DNA from: Verrucomicrobiales bacterium
Lineage (GTDB): Bacteria; Verrucomicrobiota; Verrucomicrobiia; Verrucomicrobiales; V1-33
Assembly (NCBI GenBank): GCA_031411295.1
Contig: JANOAV010000068.1
Span: forward strand, 1-55,038
DNA: 55,038 nt
Direction of reading: 5' to 3'
Shown: positions 18,578 through 28,377 of the stretch, one piece after another
How positions within the stretch are numbered: the stretch's first letter is position 1
Layout: each line of letters opens with the position of its first letter
Notes under the pieces: model-generated
Seen by the model: the letters and a program-made list of their open reading frames with translations, nothing else
What the model was told of the DNA's origin: nothing
Databases searched by the model: none
Position numbers and translations under genes: made by a program

Positions 18578-19996
18578 ATGATTTCCTTCGATAAAATGAT
18601 TACAGTTACATGGAGAGTCTGTATTAACCTAAAACATCGAATAGACCGACGGGAACAGGCATGGAAACAATTTGCGCACCATGACTTGAAAGTAGAGCAC
18701 GTTGCAGCAATCGACGCTAAGCACGCCCGGAACGCGCATGGCTATGCTCGGCCTGGATTGTATGCCCTAGCGTTGACTGATAGGCTGATTTTGCGGGAGG
18801 CGAAGCGCAAGGACGCTCCAGCCGTGTTGATATTCGAGGATGATGTAGTCCTGCATCCTGAGTTTCATGAAAGGATGAAGTTGCTTGAATTGCCTGAAGA
18901 TTGGGGATTGCTTTATCTTGGGTGCACGCACTACCATCGTCCGGAAATTGTTGGACCGGGCTTGGTTAAACTAGGCTGGGCCCTAGATACCCACGCTGTG
19001 TTAGTGAATGCACGCTACTACGATGTTGTTCGCAGATTGCTAGCGGGCAGGCGGAATTTCGAGAAAGTTCACTTTGCTGCTCCAGATGTCCTGCTGGCGA
19101 GCATTCAAGAACAAATTCCCAGCTACGCAGCGTTCCCAAACTTAGCCTGGCAGGCGGAGGGCTACTCAGACATTGAAGCAACGATGCGAGGGAATTATTT
19201 TCCCACAGGCGAACAACGACTCTCCCCGGAGATCGTTGCAGGACTGGAGGCCGATATGCGACAGCGGTATCCGCATTACGCGGAGATTTGCCGTGCCACA
19301 CTTCCCGCACGAGAGGCCAGCATCCCCAAGGTCATCCACCAAACGTGGAAGACGAGGGAAATAGAGGCACCTTTTCGACAAGCATGGGTGGACTCATGGC
19401 AGGAATTGAATCCTGATTGGGATTATCGGCTGTGGACTGATGAGGATCTGGAGGAATTCATCCGCACAGAGTTCCCGAGTTTTCTGGCAACCTATCTCTC
19501 ATACGATGTGGCGATTAAGAAGGTAGATGCAGCCCGTTATTTGATTCTAAAACGGCTCGGCGGCGTCTTTGTTGATCTGGATTTTATCTGCCTGCGCCCA
19601 TTGGAAGCCTTGTTGGAGAAGGAGTTCATCCTCTTCGGTCAGCAGTTTGATAATCCCAGAGCACCAGGGGCCATCTGCAACGCCTTCATGGCCAGCGCAC
19701 CAGATCACCCGTTCTGGGATGGAATAGAGGCAGCGCTGACAGCAACCCGGAATTACCCGATCTTAGAGGCGGCAGGACCAGATTTTCTTACGCAGAGATT
19801 CATCGCCAGCCAAATGTTTCTGGAACCGGGGATGATGCCGACGATCCTGCCTCCATTTTATCTCTATCCGCTCGTCTGGGATGATGCTAGGAAATATGAT
19901 CTGCGGCAGCAAAGCCGCCAGGAAATGGCTGATCAATTCCCTGCCGCATTCGCCATCACCCTCTGGACTGGAACTTGGATGGGGGAAATGCCATGA
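18578..19996 (+). CDS. Bifunctional glycosyltransferase, GT25 + GT32 fusion
   Basis: N-domain motifs CINLKHRIDRR and LIFEDD (GT25/Lex2B). C-domain motifs IPKVIHQTW, KVDAARY, GGVFVDLD and AGP (GT32). Confidence 0.85.
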   Translation: MISFDKMITVTWRVCINLKHRIDRREQAWKQFAHHDLKVEHVAAIDAKHARNAHGYARPGLYALALTDRLILREAKRKDAPAVLIFEDDVVLHPEFHERMKLLELPEDWGLLYLGCTHYHRPEIVGPGLVKLGWALDTHAVLVNARYYDVVRRLLAGRRNFEKVHFAAPDVLLASIQEQIPSYAAFPNLAWQAEGYSDIEATMRGNYFPTGEQRLSPEIVAGLEADMRQRYPHYAEICRATLPAREASIPKVIHQTWKTREIEAPFRQAWVDSWQELNPDWDYRLWTDEDLEEFIRTEFPSFLATYLSYDVAIKKVDAARYLILKRLGGVFVDLDFICLRPLEALLEKEFILFGQQFDNPRAPGAICNAFMASAPDHPFWDGIEAALTATRNYPILEAAGPDFLTQRFIASQMFLEPGMMPTILPPFYLYPLVWDDARKYDLRQQSRQEMADQFPAAFAITLWTGTWMGEMP

Positions 19997-20937
19997 GATG
20001 CGAACTGCTGGTGAGCACTCTGGATGCCCTGCTGCATGTGACCTGTGGCCCAAGTGGGGAGGATGCCGAGGTGGCCGTGCTGCAGCGGGGACAAGGGGTG
20101 TATTTCGGACTGACACGGGGGACCGAAGGGATTTATGCAGTGGCCAGAAATTATTCTCTGGAGGAGAAGAAGGGGAACCCACGCGGCGGCATTAATCAGA
20201 TTCTGCATTTCTCGTGGGATGGAATAAAAATCGGTCCGTCTGAGTTTGTGACACATTTTGGTCCTGTGGCAGATTTGCATCAGATTCGTTTTGAAGATGG
20301 TTATATTTGGCTGGTAAGCACGAGGAAACCCCACTTGGTGGTATTTGAGGCTCGCAAGCCTGAGAATAAGCGGCAGATGAATTTGACCTCTTTTGTGCCT
20401 CACCATTTGCATCATCCGCCGAAGCCAAATCATCATGGAGACATCTGGCATTTTAACTCCCTGCAATTCGAAGGCAACTCGCTCCACATTCTGGCTCACA
20501 ATTGGGACTACGGTGCCTTTGCCTTGGAATTTCACAAGGCTGCCCCCACAGACTTCTTTCGTGCTCCGAAGCTACTAAGAGTGACGGAAGGGCTTGGGAT
20601 GATGAGTCATGACATTTATGCAGCAGAAGATGGTCTGTGGGTATTGGATAGCGGTGGAGGCAACCTGCTGAGGCGTCAGAACGTAAATGGTGAGAGCATT
20701 CCTCTGGCACTGGGGCAAATACCTGCTCCATTTCCACGTGGTTTGGCTGCCGATGCTGAAAGATTCTTCATCGGCTGCGGGACCGTGCAGGCTCAGCGGG
20801 AACTTAGAGGCCAGGGCGAAAGTTGTGTGTTGGTAATGGACCGCAAATCCAAAGCCTGCCTCGGCCAGATTTGGTTGGGAGCAGTGGGTGACGTCTGTGA
20901 CCTACTGTTGCTTGAGCCACGCGATTTGACGGATTAA
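19993..20937 (+). CDS. Hypothetical beta-propeller protein (DUF4915/TIGR03032-like)
   Basis: ATGA overlap with the GT gene and repeated blade-like motifs DLHQI, WHFNSL, SHDI, LDSGGG and FPRGLA. Confidence 0.6.
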   Translation: MRCELLVSTLDALLHVTCGPSGEDAEVAVLQRGQGVYFGLTRGTEGIYAVARNYSLEEKKGNPRGGINQILHFSWDGIKIGPSEFVTHFGPVADLHQIRFEDGYIWLVSTRKPHLVVFEARKPENKRQMNLTSFVPHHLHHPPKPNHHGDIWHFNSLQFEGNSLHILAHNWDYGAFALEFHKAAPTDFFRAPKLLRVTEGLGMMSHDIYAAEDGLWVLDSGGGNLLRRQNVNGESIPLALGQIPAPFPRGLAADAERFFIGCGTVQAQRELRGQGESCVLVMDRKSKACLGQIWLGAVGDVCDLLLLEPRDLTD

Positions 20938-21010
20938 TGGTGCGAGGAGGGATAGTGATCGCCTCCACTTTCCGTTTGCCCCCGGCGCAAGCGGGCGGTT
21001 TATAAACGGC

Positions 21011-22927
21011 ATGTGTGGCATATTTGGATTTTCTGGATTCGAGGAACCTGGGCTGTTGGAAAAGATGGCCCGGACCATGAAGCATCGTGGACCGGACGGG
21101 GAGGGCTTTTACAATACGCCCGGCTTCAGCATGGGCATGGTGCGCCTGAGCATTATCGATCTCACGGGTGGTTGGCAGCCGATTTACAATGAGGACCGGT
21201 CGTGCGCCATCATTCTGAATGGTGAAATTTACAACTACAAGGAACTGCGTGTGGAACTGCTTGCCAAGGGACATCAATTCAGCACGCAGAGTGACACCGA
21301 GGTGATTCTCCATGGGTATGAGGAATGGGGCATCGAAGGCGTGTTAGGCAAACTCAACGGGATGTTTGCGTTCTGTCTACGGGACGAACGGAAAAAGGAA
21401 TTCTTCATTGCACGGGATCGCACGGGCCAGAAGCCGCTATATTGGACGCGGGAAAATGGACGTTTCCTGTTTGCCAGCGAAGCGAAGTCGATCCTCCAGA
21501 GCCAGCATGTCTCCGCGCAGCCTAACGTAGCAGCCATCGATGCCTATCTGGGCCTGCGCAATGTGCCGGAGCCGCAGACGATGTTTGCCGGGATCAATAA
21601 GCTGCGCACCGCTCACTACATGCATCACAAGGCGGATGGCAGCATGGACATCAAGCGCTACTGGGACATTCAGCTCAGCGATGGGAAATCGTATCGCTCT
21701 GATGGCGAGTATTATGAGGAACTCAAGGAACTGTGGGACGATGCCATTTCCCTGCACATGCGCAGTGATGTGCCTGTGGGTGCTTACCTGAGCGGGGGCG
21801 TTGATTCCAGTCTGGTGGTGGCGGACATGATGAAGCACAGCAGCAACGTGAACACCTACAGTGTGGGCTTCGGTTCCCCGCAGGATGAAACGAAAGATGC
21901 CGCAGAGACCGCTAAATTTCTCGGCACCAATCACCATGAAATCATCTGTGAAGCGGGCGATTTCAACCTGCTGCGGAAGATCGTGTGGCACATGGATCGT
22001 CCCGTGGGCGATGCGCTCATCATTGCGTTCTACAAGCTGGCGGAAGGTGCCAGTAAGGATTTGAAGGTGGTGTTAGGGGGAGAGGGCGCGGATGAAATTT
22101 TCGCTGGCTACTCTTTCCAGAAAGTCATCGCCAAGGTGGAAGGTTTCAAAAACAAGTTCGGAGGATTCGCCCTGACGCATCTGGCGGCTAATGGCTTTGC
22201 GGCTACGCCCCATTGGTTGCTGAACAAGTTCTTCGAGTTCCCGGCCGACCTTGGCAGCCAAGGGAAAAAGCGTGTGGTGGATTTCCTGCGGAACTATTCC
22301 AAGCGCGACATCATGAAGAACTTCGTGGCGCTGCGCACGCTCTGGGCGCAGGACGAACGACGCGATGTTTACTCCGCGGAGTTCAAGCATCTGGCAGGAG
22401 AATCCTGGATTCCGCCTGTGCGCGATACCAACGGCCCGTTTCTGGATCAGTTGCTGAAAATCCAATTCGACGAATGGCTGCAAGACTGGGCGCTGATTCG
22501 GCAGGACAAGAACACCATGGCGCATTCGTTAGAGTATCGCCTGCCATTTCTCGACCACCGCCTCATCGAACTCGCTTTCCGCATGCCGCCGCATCTCAAG
22601 GTTAGGGGAAATGAAGACAAGTGGATCGAGCGTCGCTTGGCCGATGAAGCCTTCGCCAAAATGCCACGCAATCGACCCGGACATCGTCCCAAGATTCCGT
22701 TCTTCCTGCCGCTGGATTTCTTCTTCGAGCATCCTGAGTTCAAAGCGCTGGTGGCGGATACCCTCAGCGAAACATCGCTCAAGAAACGCGGCTACTTCGA
22801 TCCCAAGCGCGTGAAATGGCTCATCGGCAAAATGGAAACACGCGAGTTCGTTTATCTCAAGCAGGTCATGAGTCTGGTAATCTTGGAACTGTGGCACCGG
22901 GTATTTATTGATGGGGAAGGGGCGTAG
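21011..22927 (+). CDS. asnB: Asparagine synthase (glutamine-hydrolysing) family amidotransferase
   Basis: N-terminal MCGI (Ntn cysteine), HRGPD, NGEIYN, RDRTGQKPL, LSGGVDSS, GEGADEIFAGY and RLPFLDH. Confidence 0.95.
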   Translation: MCGIFGFSGFEEPGLLEKMARTMKHRGPDGEGFYNTPGFSMGMVRLSIIDLTGGWQPIYNEDRSCAIILNGEIYNYKELRVELLAKGHQFSTQSDTEVILHGYEEWGIEGVLGKLNGMFAFCLRDERKKEFFIARDRTGQKPLYWTRENGRFLFASEAKSILQSQHVSAQPNVAAIDAYLGLRNVPEPQTMFAGINKLRTAHYMHHKADGSMDIKRYWDIQLSDGKSYRSDGEYYEELKELWDDAISLHMRSDVPVGAYLSGGVDSSLVVADMMKHSSNVNTYSVGFGSPQDETKDAAETAKFLGTNHHEIICEAGDFNLLRKIVWHMDRPVGDALIIAFYKLAEGASKDLKVVLGGEGADEIFAGYSFQKVIAKVEGFKNKFGGFALTHLAANGFAATPHWLLNKFFEFPADLGSQGKKRVVDFLRNYSKRDIMKNFVALRTLWAQDERRDVYSAEFKHLAGESWIPPVRDTNGPFLDQLLKIQFDEWLQDWALIRQDKNTMAHSLEYRLPFLDHRLIELAFRMPPHLKVRGNEDKWIERRLADEAFAKMPRNRPGHRPKIPFFLPLDFFFEHPEFKALVADTLSETSLKKRGYFDPKRVKWLIGKMETREFVYLKQVMSLVILELWHRVFIDGEGA

Positions 22928-23057
22928 CATCCAAGGATAAACAGGGGGACGAATAGCCGCTCCCAGGCTCTAACTGGAATATTAAAACTGGCTCGACAAT
23001 GGTGCCCCAGTGCGATACAGTTTAACCATGTCCCGCTCAAGAACGCAGATTTTAATT

Positions 23058-23283
23058 TTAAAGGAATTCATATTCCGTAATTATTATATCCAAGGGCGAT
23101 TCATCACCATAGAAATCACGTTTAAATTGGAGCAACCTTTGTCTCAGATCTCCCGGGTTATACCCTTTTGGAATACGGATTGTCAAGAATACGTTCTGCT
23201 GCGGGGAATGGCATGAGCTTTTCAATGGCCGTTTTCATCGTGTTGAACGGGGCCGCCGCATTCGTAGATCTCACTTGGACCAA
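23058..23283 (-). pseudogene. AT-rich frameshifted gene fragment (possible toxin C-terminal remnant)
   Basis: Two overlapping frames join at a C-run near 23203 into a protein-like stretch of about 75 aa ending at TAA 23058-23060. It has no proper 5' end. Confidence 0.3.
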
Positions 23284-23431
23284 TCAGATCCCGTTTCCGG
23301 CGGGCCGATTTGGAGGCTGTGGCTTGCTACTGTGCTTCGGTGGGACGCGGTTAGGCGTTTTCCATTGGCACCGGATGCCAAGGGTTGCGGCCAGTTCTTC
23401 GGGGAGCCGGAGGAACGGAAATCGTTCTCTG

Positions 23432-24754
23432 CTAGGCGAGAATATCTGCGACCACCTGGCCATCGGCCACGATTTCGATGGGGCGGTCTCCCGGAGCCAT
23501 GAGTTCCTTATCGGAGTTGATTCCGAGTTGGTTATAGACGGTGCAGGCCAGATCGGAGACCGTGAGCGGATCGTTCTCGGGTTCTGCGCCCAAGGCATCG
23601 GAGGAGCCGTGGACGTAGCCCTTCTTCACGCCGCCGCCCGCCAGTAGCACACTGAAGACTTTGGGCCAGTGATCCCGACCGCCGGTGGCGTTGATTTTGG
23701 GCGTGCGGCCGAATTCGGAACTGACCATGACGAGGGTGCTGTCCAGCAGACCGCGTTCCTCAAGGTCGATAATGAGGCGCGCCAGGGCTTGGTCGATTGG
23801 TGGGGCGTTGTTGGCCATTTGATCCTTGATGTTGTCATGGTGATCCCATCCGCCGTAGGTCACGGAGACGAAACGCACCCCGCTCTCCACTAACCGACGC
23901 GCCATGAGCAGTCGCTGGCCAGCCGGATTGCGGCCATAGGCATCCCGCACCTCTGGCTTTTCGGCTCCGATGTTGAACGCTTCCCGGGCCTCCGGGCTGG
24001 AAATCAGTTTGTAGGCATCCTGATAGAAAGTATCCATCGCGGTGATTTTATCGCTCTTCTCGGTGGCCTTGAAGTGATCGTCCACGGAAGTGAGGATGCT
24101 GCGACGACGGTTGAAGCGGACGTCCGTGATTCCGCCGGGCAGGCTGAGATCCTGCACCTTGAAACCACCGTCCGCCGGATCGCTACCGAGACTGAAGGGA
24201 CCATAGGCGGTGCTGAGGTAGCCACTGCCCGCAAACTCATTGGGCACGGAGGGAATGCAGACATACGGTGGCAGACTCTTGCGGGTGCCGAACTCATGGC
24301 TGACCACGGAGCCGATACTGGGATAGGACAAAGCCGGGCTGGGGCGATAACCGGTAAACATATTGTGGGTGCCGCGTTCATGCGCTGCTTCCCCGTGCGT
24401 CATGCCCCGGCAGATCGTCATTTTGTTGGCGATGCCCGCGCAGTTTTTCCAGAGTTCGCCAAACTGCACGCCATCCAGCTTGGTATTGATGGGATTATAC
24501 GGGCCACGATACTCGCTGGGGGCCAGCGGCTTGGGATCGAAGGATTCCTGATGCGCCATCCCGCCGGGCAGGAAGATATGAATTACGCTCTTGGCCTTGC
24601 CTTCCTTGGACTCGTAAAATTTCTGATCCGCCCGGGCTTTCATTCCGAAATAATCCCCCAAGGACAAGCCGAGGCCGCTGATGAGACCGACTTGCATGAA
24701 CCCCCGACGCGAATGGCTGCCGAGGCTGAAAGGTTGGACGGGACGATGGATCAT
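23432..24754 (-). CDS. DUF1501 domain-containing protein
   Basis: Motifs SRRGFMQVG, IFLPGGMAHQESFDPKP, ARRLVESGVRFV, GGWDHH, SEFGRTP and GRDHW. Start placed at ATG 24754. Confidence 0.92.
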   Translation of the reverse strand: MIHRPVQPFSLGSHSRRGFMQVGLISGLGLSLGDYFGMKARADQKFYESKEGKAKSVIHIFLPGGMAHQESFDPKPLAPSEYRGPYNPINTKLDGVQFGELWKNCAGIANKMTICRGMTHGEAAHERGTHNMFTGYRPSPALSYPSIGSVVSHEFGTRKSLPPYVCIPSVPNEFAGSGYLSTAYGPFSLGSDPADGGFKVQDLSLPGGITDVRFNRRRSILTSVDDHFKATEKSDKITAMDTFYQDAYKLISSPEAREAFNIGAEKPEVRDAYGRNPAGQRLLMARRLVESGVRFVSVTYGGWDHHDNIKDQMANNAPPIDQALARLIIDLEERGLLDSTLVMVSSEFGRTPKINATGGRDHWPKVFSVLLAGGGVKKGYVHGSSDALGAEPENDPLTVSDLACTVYNQLGINSDKELMAPGDRPIEIVADGQVVADILA

Positions 24755-24901
24755 AATCGAAAGGTGGGGAAATAGGTTGGGGCAACATCGACCTCCAATC
24801 CGGAAAGTCAAATTCGACCATTTCCGCCTGCGCGGGAGAAATCATCCACTTCCACCACGGGAAGCTGGCTTCGCCAAAGACAGGAAATCAAAGCGATTTA
24901 A

Positions 24902-24993
24902 GTAGTCATGGGCTTTAGCCCGTAGGCATGTCCCGGCTGGATTCAGGCGCCAGATTCACGGGGAGGTTTCGACGGGCTGAAGCCCTGGACTAC
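24902..24993. repeat. Intergenic inverted GTAG-type REP doublet
   Basis: GTAGTCATGGGCTTTAGCCCGT (24902-24923) and ACGGGCTGAAGCCCTGGACTAC (24972-24993) are inverted at 19/22 positions. Each has a GGGCT/AGCCC hairpin. Confidence 0.8.
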
Positions 24994-25014
24994 GGTGGCT
25001 TTTCGCAGCCACCC

Positions 25015-26067
25015 TTAGGATCGTTTGCGGCGGCCCAGCAGCGTGCCCAAGGCCAGCGCAACGCATCCCAGAGAGCTGGCTTCCGGCACTGAGCCCCCGA
25101 TAAATGTCACCTCGCCCATGGAGAGCACCCGGGCATCATCTGGGCCAACCCCGCCGGTGGCGTCGGCAATGCGGGTGACGCGGATTTGGTTTCCGAGGAC
25201 CGGCATCCCACCGTTGAGTGCTTGGAGATCGAGGAAAATGGCAGCTGGGGAACCGGAAGCGTTGCCAGGATTCAGCACGATCGAAGTCCAAACGGGGGTG
25301 CCGCTTCCGTCGAGCACTTCCACCTGAATGTCCCGCAGCCGTTCCTGACAGCAACCATCGCCCCGATTTTGAATATTCACGGATTGCAGCCGCATCGTTT
25401 CTCCAATATTCGCCTTCCACCAGGCATTGCCGGTGGCGCCACCATCGGTGTGGGAGAAGTTTGAGGCACTGCCATCCATGGCATTGCCGGCGGGGAATTG
25501 CCCCCCGAGGTATTCCGAACTCTGGGAGACCGCCATGCCGCTGATATTGGCCAGACTCAGGTTGGTGCCCAAAGGGAGCATCACGTTGGACGTCGTGAAC
25601 AACTGCACCTCCGCCAGGGAGAGATATTCATTGTGGTGATCGACCTGAATTGCCCGCAGGCTCGGGGAACCAGTCAGTGGGAAATCAATCCGCGCCGCAG
25701 CGGCTGCGATCGGGGCTGAACTGTAAACATTCGTGCTCAGACCAGCGTCGCTGAAAGCATTCACCACCGCACCATTGAGGCGCCCGGCACAGCAGTCTGT
25801 GCGGTTATAGATCCGCACTAAATCCACTGGGACACTGGCCGGCAGCACCAAACGCCAGTATTCATTGGCCCCGTTATCGGTGTGGCTGAAATCAGGATTG
25901 ATTCCGGTGGTGATCCCGTCAATCGCCCGGTTGGGAGAGAACCCAAAGGGATCGCTGGAGGTAGATGCCACTGCGCCCGCAAGACTGATCGGGGTTAGCA
26001 CTAGGGTGGCTTGGGAGGCTGCGCAGGAGAGAGCGAGCCAAAGTGCGATTTGAGGAATAGATTTCAT
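25015..26067 (-). CDS. PEP-CTERM surface protein with two F-type lectin (fucolectin/discoidin) domains
   Basis: Signal peptide, two FSHT...NRxD(G)CC..RL domains, and a C-terminal VPE-hydrophobic-RRKRS sorting signal. Confidence 0.88.
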   Translation of the reverse strand: MKSIPQIALWLALSCAASQATLVLTPISLAGAVASTSSDPFGFSPNRAIDGITTGINPDFSHTDNGANEYWRLVLPASVPVDLVRIYNRTDCCAGRLNGAVVNAFSDAGLSTNVYSSAPIAAAAARIDFPLTGSPSLRAIQVDHHNEYLSLAEVQLFTTSNVMLPLGTNLSLANISGMAVSQSSEYLGGQFPAGNAMDGSASNFSHTDGGATGNAWWKANIGETMRLQSVNIQNRGDGCCQERLRDIQVEVLDGSGTPVWTSIVLNPGNASGSPAAIFLDLQALNGGMPVLGNQIRVTRIADATGGVGPDDARVLSMGEVTFIGGSVPEASSLGCVALALGTLLGRRKRS

Positions 26068-26295
26068 AGGTGTCTGCAACGGAATTGGTGCCTGATTTTC
26101 GAGTTTTTGCCAACTTTGGTCTGATTTGGCAATAGCAAAATGATGCTGAGGTTCATTTTTTCATTTTAGTCATGGTTCCACTTTTTCATACACGAATCGT
26201 TGGAGATGGGCGGCAGCGAAGTCTAGCTGCGCCCCATGGCCCACTTGCTCAGCCAGTCGCGCCTGGCTTACTGCGGGCGTCACCTTCAAAGTCAC

Positions 26296-26994
26296 TCAAC
26301 GGCGCATGCTGGACTTGCGCTTTACCAGCGCGATCAGCCCATAGCTGAGCCAGAATAACGCCAAGCCGATGGCTGCCAGCACGATGACGTGGTTGGGCGG
26401 ATCCGGGAGGAAATCCATGATGCTGGCCTGGGCGGGACGGGCTCCCAGGAAGGCGTAGTTTGATCCAGTTAGGTAATTAACCGTTCCGGCCACCACCGCA
26501 TAGACCGCCAGCCAGCCATAGGCTCTCCAGAGGCCTCCAGTGGTGGGGAAGCGTCGCCAGGCCATCGTCATGTGCAGCGCAGCAATGACCACCCCGCTGT
26601 GCAGCAGGAAGAAACGATAGTATTCTGGATGCGGGAAATCCATTTGCAGATTCGGCGTCAGCAGGCCTTGCAGCGTGCCGGCCATGCCCCAGAAATACGT
26701 CAGGTCGATGAAGGCTTGCCGCTGGGTGAACAAGGCGATGCCTCCGAAGAATGCCGCAAGGTCACACATATGCAGCGGGAGCGATTCCAGCGGATCGTCA
26801 TAGCCCAGCGTCCGGGCCAGCAGCGCATGGAGGAACCACTGCGACAACAGACCCACGGCCAGCGTTAGTTCCGCCTTCCGACTCCACGGATGCTCCCATT
26901 TCACCAGAAATCCCAGCCCGAGCCAAATCAACCCGGTGAGCGCCAACGCGATCAGGTGGGACGTTCCGAAAAGGTGAATGGGATGCGGGGACAT
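26296..26994 (-). CDS. TIGR02206/YwaF family integral membrane protein
   Basis: Motifs FGTSHL, LPLHMCD, GTLQGLLTP, FFLLH and SNYAFL. Confidence 0.85.
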   Translation of the reverse strand: MSPHPIHLFGTSHLIALALTGLIWLGLGFLVKWEHPWSRKAELTLAVGLLSQWFLHALLARTLGYDDPLESLPLHMCDLAAFFGGIALFTQRQAFIDLTYFWGMAGTLQGLLTPNLQMDFPHPEYYRFFLLHSGVVIAALHMTMAWRRFPTTGGLWRAYGWLAVYAVVAGTVNYLTGSNYAFLGARPAQASIMDFLPDPPNHVIVLAAIGLALFWLSYGLIALVKRKSSMRR

Positions 26995-27096
26995 GAATCA
27001 AGAAATTAACTGACGAGCAGGATCAACGACGGAGCAGGGATGCATGCCGATCCAGCACAAGTTGTCAGGCTGGGTGGTGGTCGTGGGGTCGGCAGA

Positions 27097-27184
27097 TGGC
27101 GGACAGGGAGGGATTCGAACCCTCGTTACATTGCTGTAAACACGCTTTCCAGGCGTGCGCGATCGACCACTCTGCCACCTGTCC
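27097..27184 (-). tRNA. tRNA-Ser(GGA)
   Basis: Minus strand reads GGACAGG...; anticodon arm CACGC-CTGGAAA-GCGTG, long variable arm, GGTTCGAATCC T-loop and an encoded CCA end; 88 nt. Confidence 0.97.
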
Positions 27185-27351
27185 TTTGCTCTGCACTGAT
27201 AATTTCCAGGGAGGAAATTACGGTGAGCGGGAGTTTTAGATGCTTTCCTGCGTTGTGCAAGTGAGAAAGCGATTTGTTGAGGCTGCCTATCGGCCCGGCC
27301 TAACTAGCTCCGAATTCTGATCAACCCGCCCTGATCCTGAATCGACCAACT

Positions 27352-28377
27352 TTACTCGGCCTTCAGCGCGGTCCAAAGCTCGGCTCGGGCATCCTCGCCC
27401 TCTTGTCCTAGGTCTTTCAGGGAGCGTGATTTATCCGGTGCCGGCAGTTTGAAGGTTGGACTTTGTTTTACTTCCGCAGTGATCTTGTCATCTGCTTTGC
27501 CGTTAGCCGGGATGTAACCAGTCTCGTTGACGATCTCCGCTGCGATCTCTGGGCGGCAAACGAAGTCGATAAACTTGTGCGCCAGCGCCACGTTCTTAGA
27601 ATCGCTGAGGATGGCAAAATTATCGATGGAAACGACGCAACCTTCCTCGGGAATCACGTAGCCCAAGTCCGCATTCTCTTTCAGCGCAGCCGCCAGATCG
27701 CCACTGTAGCCTTGCGCCACCACGGTCTCGCCCTTGAGGAGTGTGTCTTCGAAGGTTTCACTATCATAGCTGGCGAGAAAGGGCTTTTGCTTCTTGAGCA
27801 GTTCCAGCGCCTTGGCCAGATCTGCTTCCTTGGTGGTGTTGATGTCCAAGCCCAGGCTCAGCAGCGCAGACGCAGGGCCTTCCTTCGGATCATCAATGAT
27901 GGAGACTTTGCCCTTCCATTTGGCCAGCTTGGCAGGATCATAAATGTCTGCCCATTTCTTGGGAGCCTCGCCCACTTTGGATTTGCTGTAGCCCAAACCG
28001 CTGGTGCCCACGAGATAAGGCACCACGTGGCCACCTCCCTCGTCATACTTCGGGTTCTGGAACCGCTCGGCAATGTTCTTGGCGTTCGGCAATTTCGTTG
28101 GATCGAGTTTGGCTAGCAGCTTCTGCCGAACCATCGTCGTGACGGCATAATCCGACGGACACACGATGTCATATCCGCTGCCGCCATCGGCCACTTTGGA
28201 AATCATGTCTTCGTTGGAAGTGTATTCATCCACGATCAACTTCGCGTCCGCTTCCTTCTCGAATTTAGCGATGACAGACTTTGGCAAGTATTCCGGCCAA
28301 ATGAAGATCTTCAGTTTGGCAGGCGCAGCGTGGAGACATCCAGCGAGGGCGAAGTAGGCGAGGAGGATTTTTTTCAT
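27352..28377 (-). CDS. potD: Spermidine/putrescine ABC transporter substrate-binding protein
   Basis: Motifs IWPEY, SNEDM, GYDIVCPSDY, QGYSGD and YVIPEEG. Confidence 0.88.
   Translation of the reverse strand: MKKILLAYFALAGCLHAAPAKLKIFIWPEYLPKSVIAKFEKEADAKLIVDEYTSNEDMISKVADGGSGYDIVCPSDYAVTTMVRQKLLAKLDPTKLPNAKNIAERFQNPKYDEGGGHVVPYLVGTSGLGYSKSKVGEAPKKWADIYDPAKLAKWKGKVSIIDDPKEGPASALLSLGLDINTTKEADLAKALELLKKQKPFLASYDSETFEDTLLKGETVVAQGYSGDLAAALKENADLGYVIPEEGCVVSIDNFAILSDSKNVALAHKFIDFVCRPEIAAEIVNETGYIPANGKADDKITAEVKQSPTFKLPAPDKSRSLKDLGQEGEDARAELWTALKAE

Noticed and set aside
16999..22927. Lasso peptide or glycocin RiPP cluster (small peptide + AsnB-like enzyme + GTs)
   Set aside because: AsnB retains the N-terminal Cys Ntn glutaminase domain (MCGI). 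There is no B protein/RRE and no C39 peptidase-ABC exporter, and the peptide has a Tat signal rather than a RiPP leader.
12618..23283. Integron cassette array
   Set aside because: Genes lie on both strands, I found no recurring attC-like RYYYAAC...GTTRRRY structures, and there is no integrase.
27097..27184. tRNA-Ser as an island integration site
   Set aside because: No integrase is adjacent and I saw no duplicate of the tRNA 3' end in the window.
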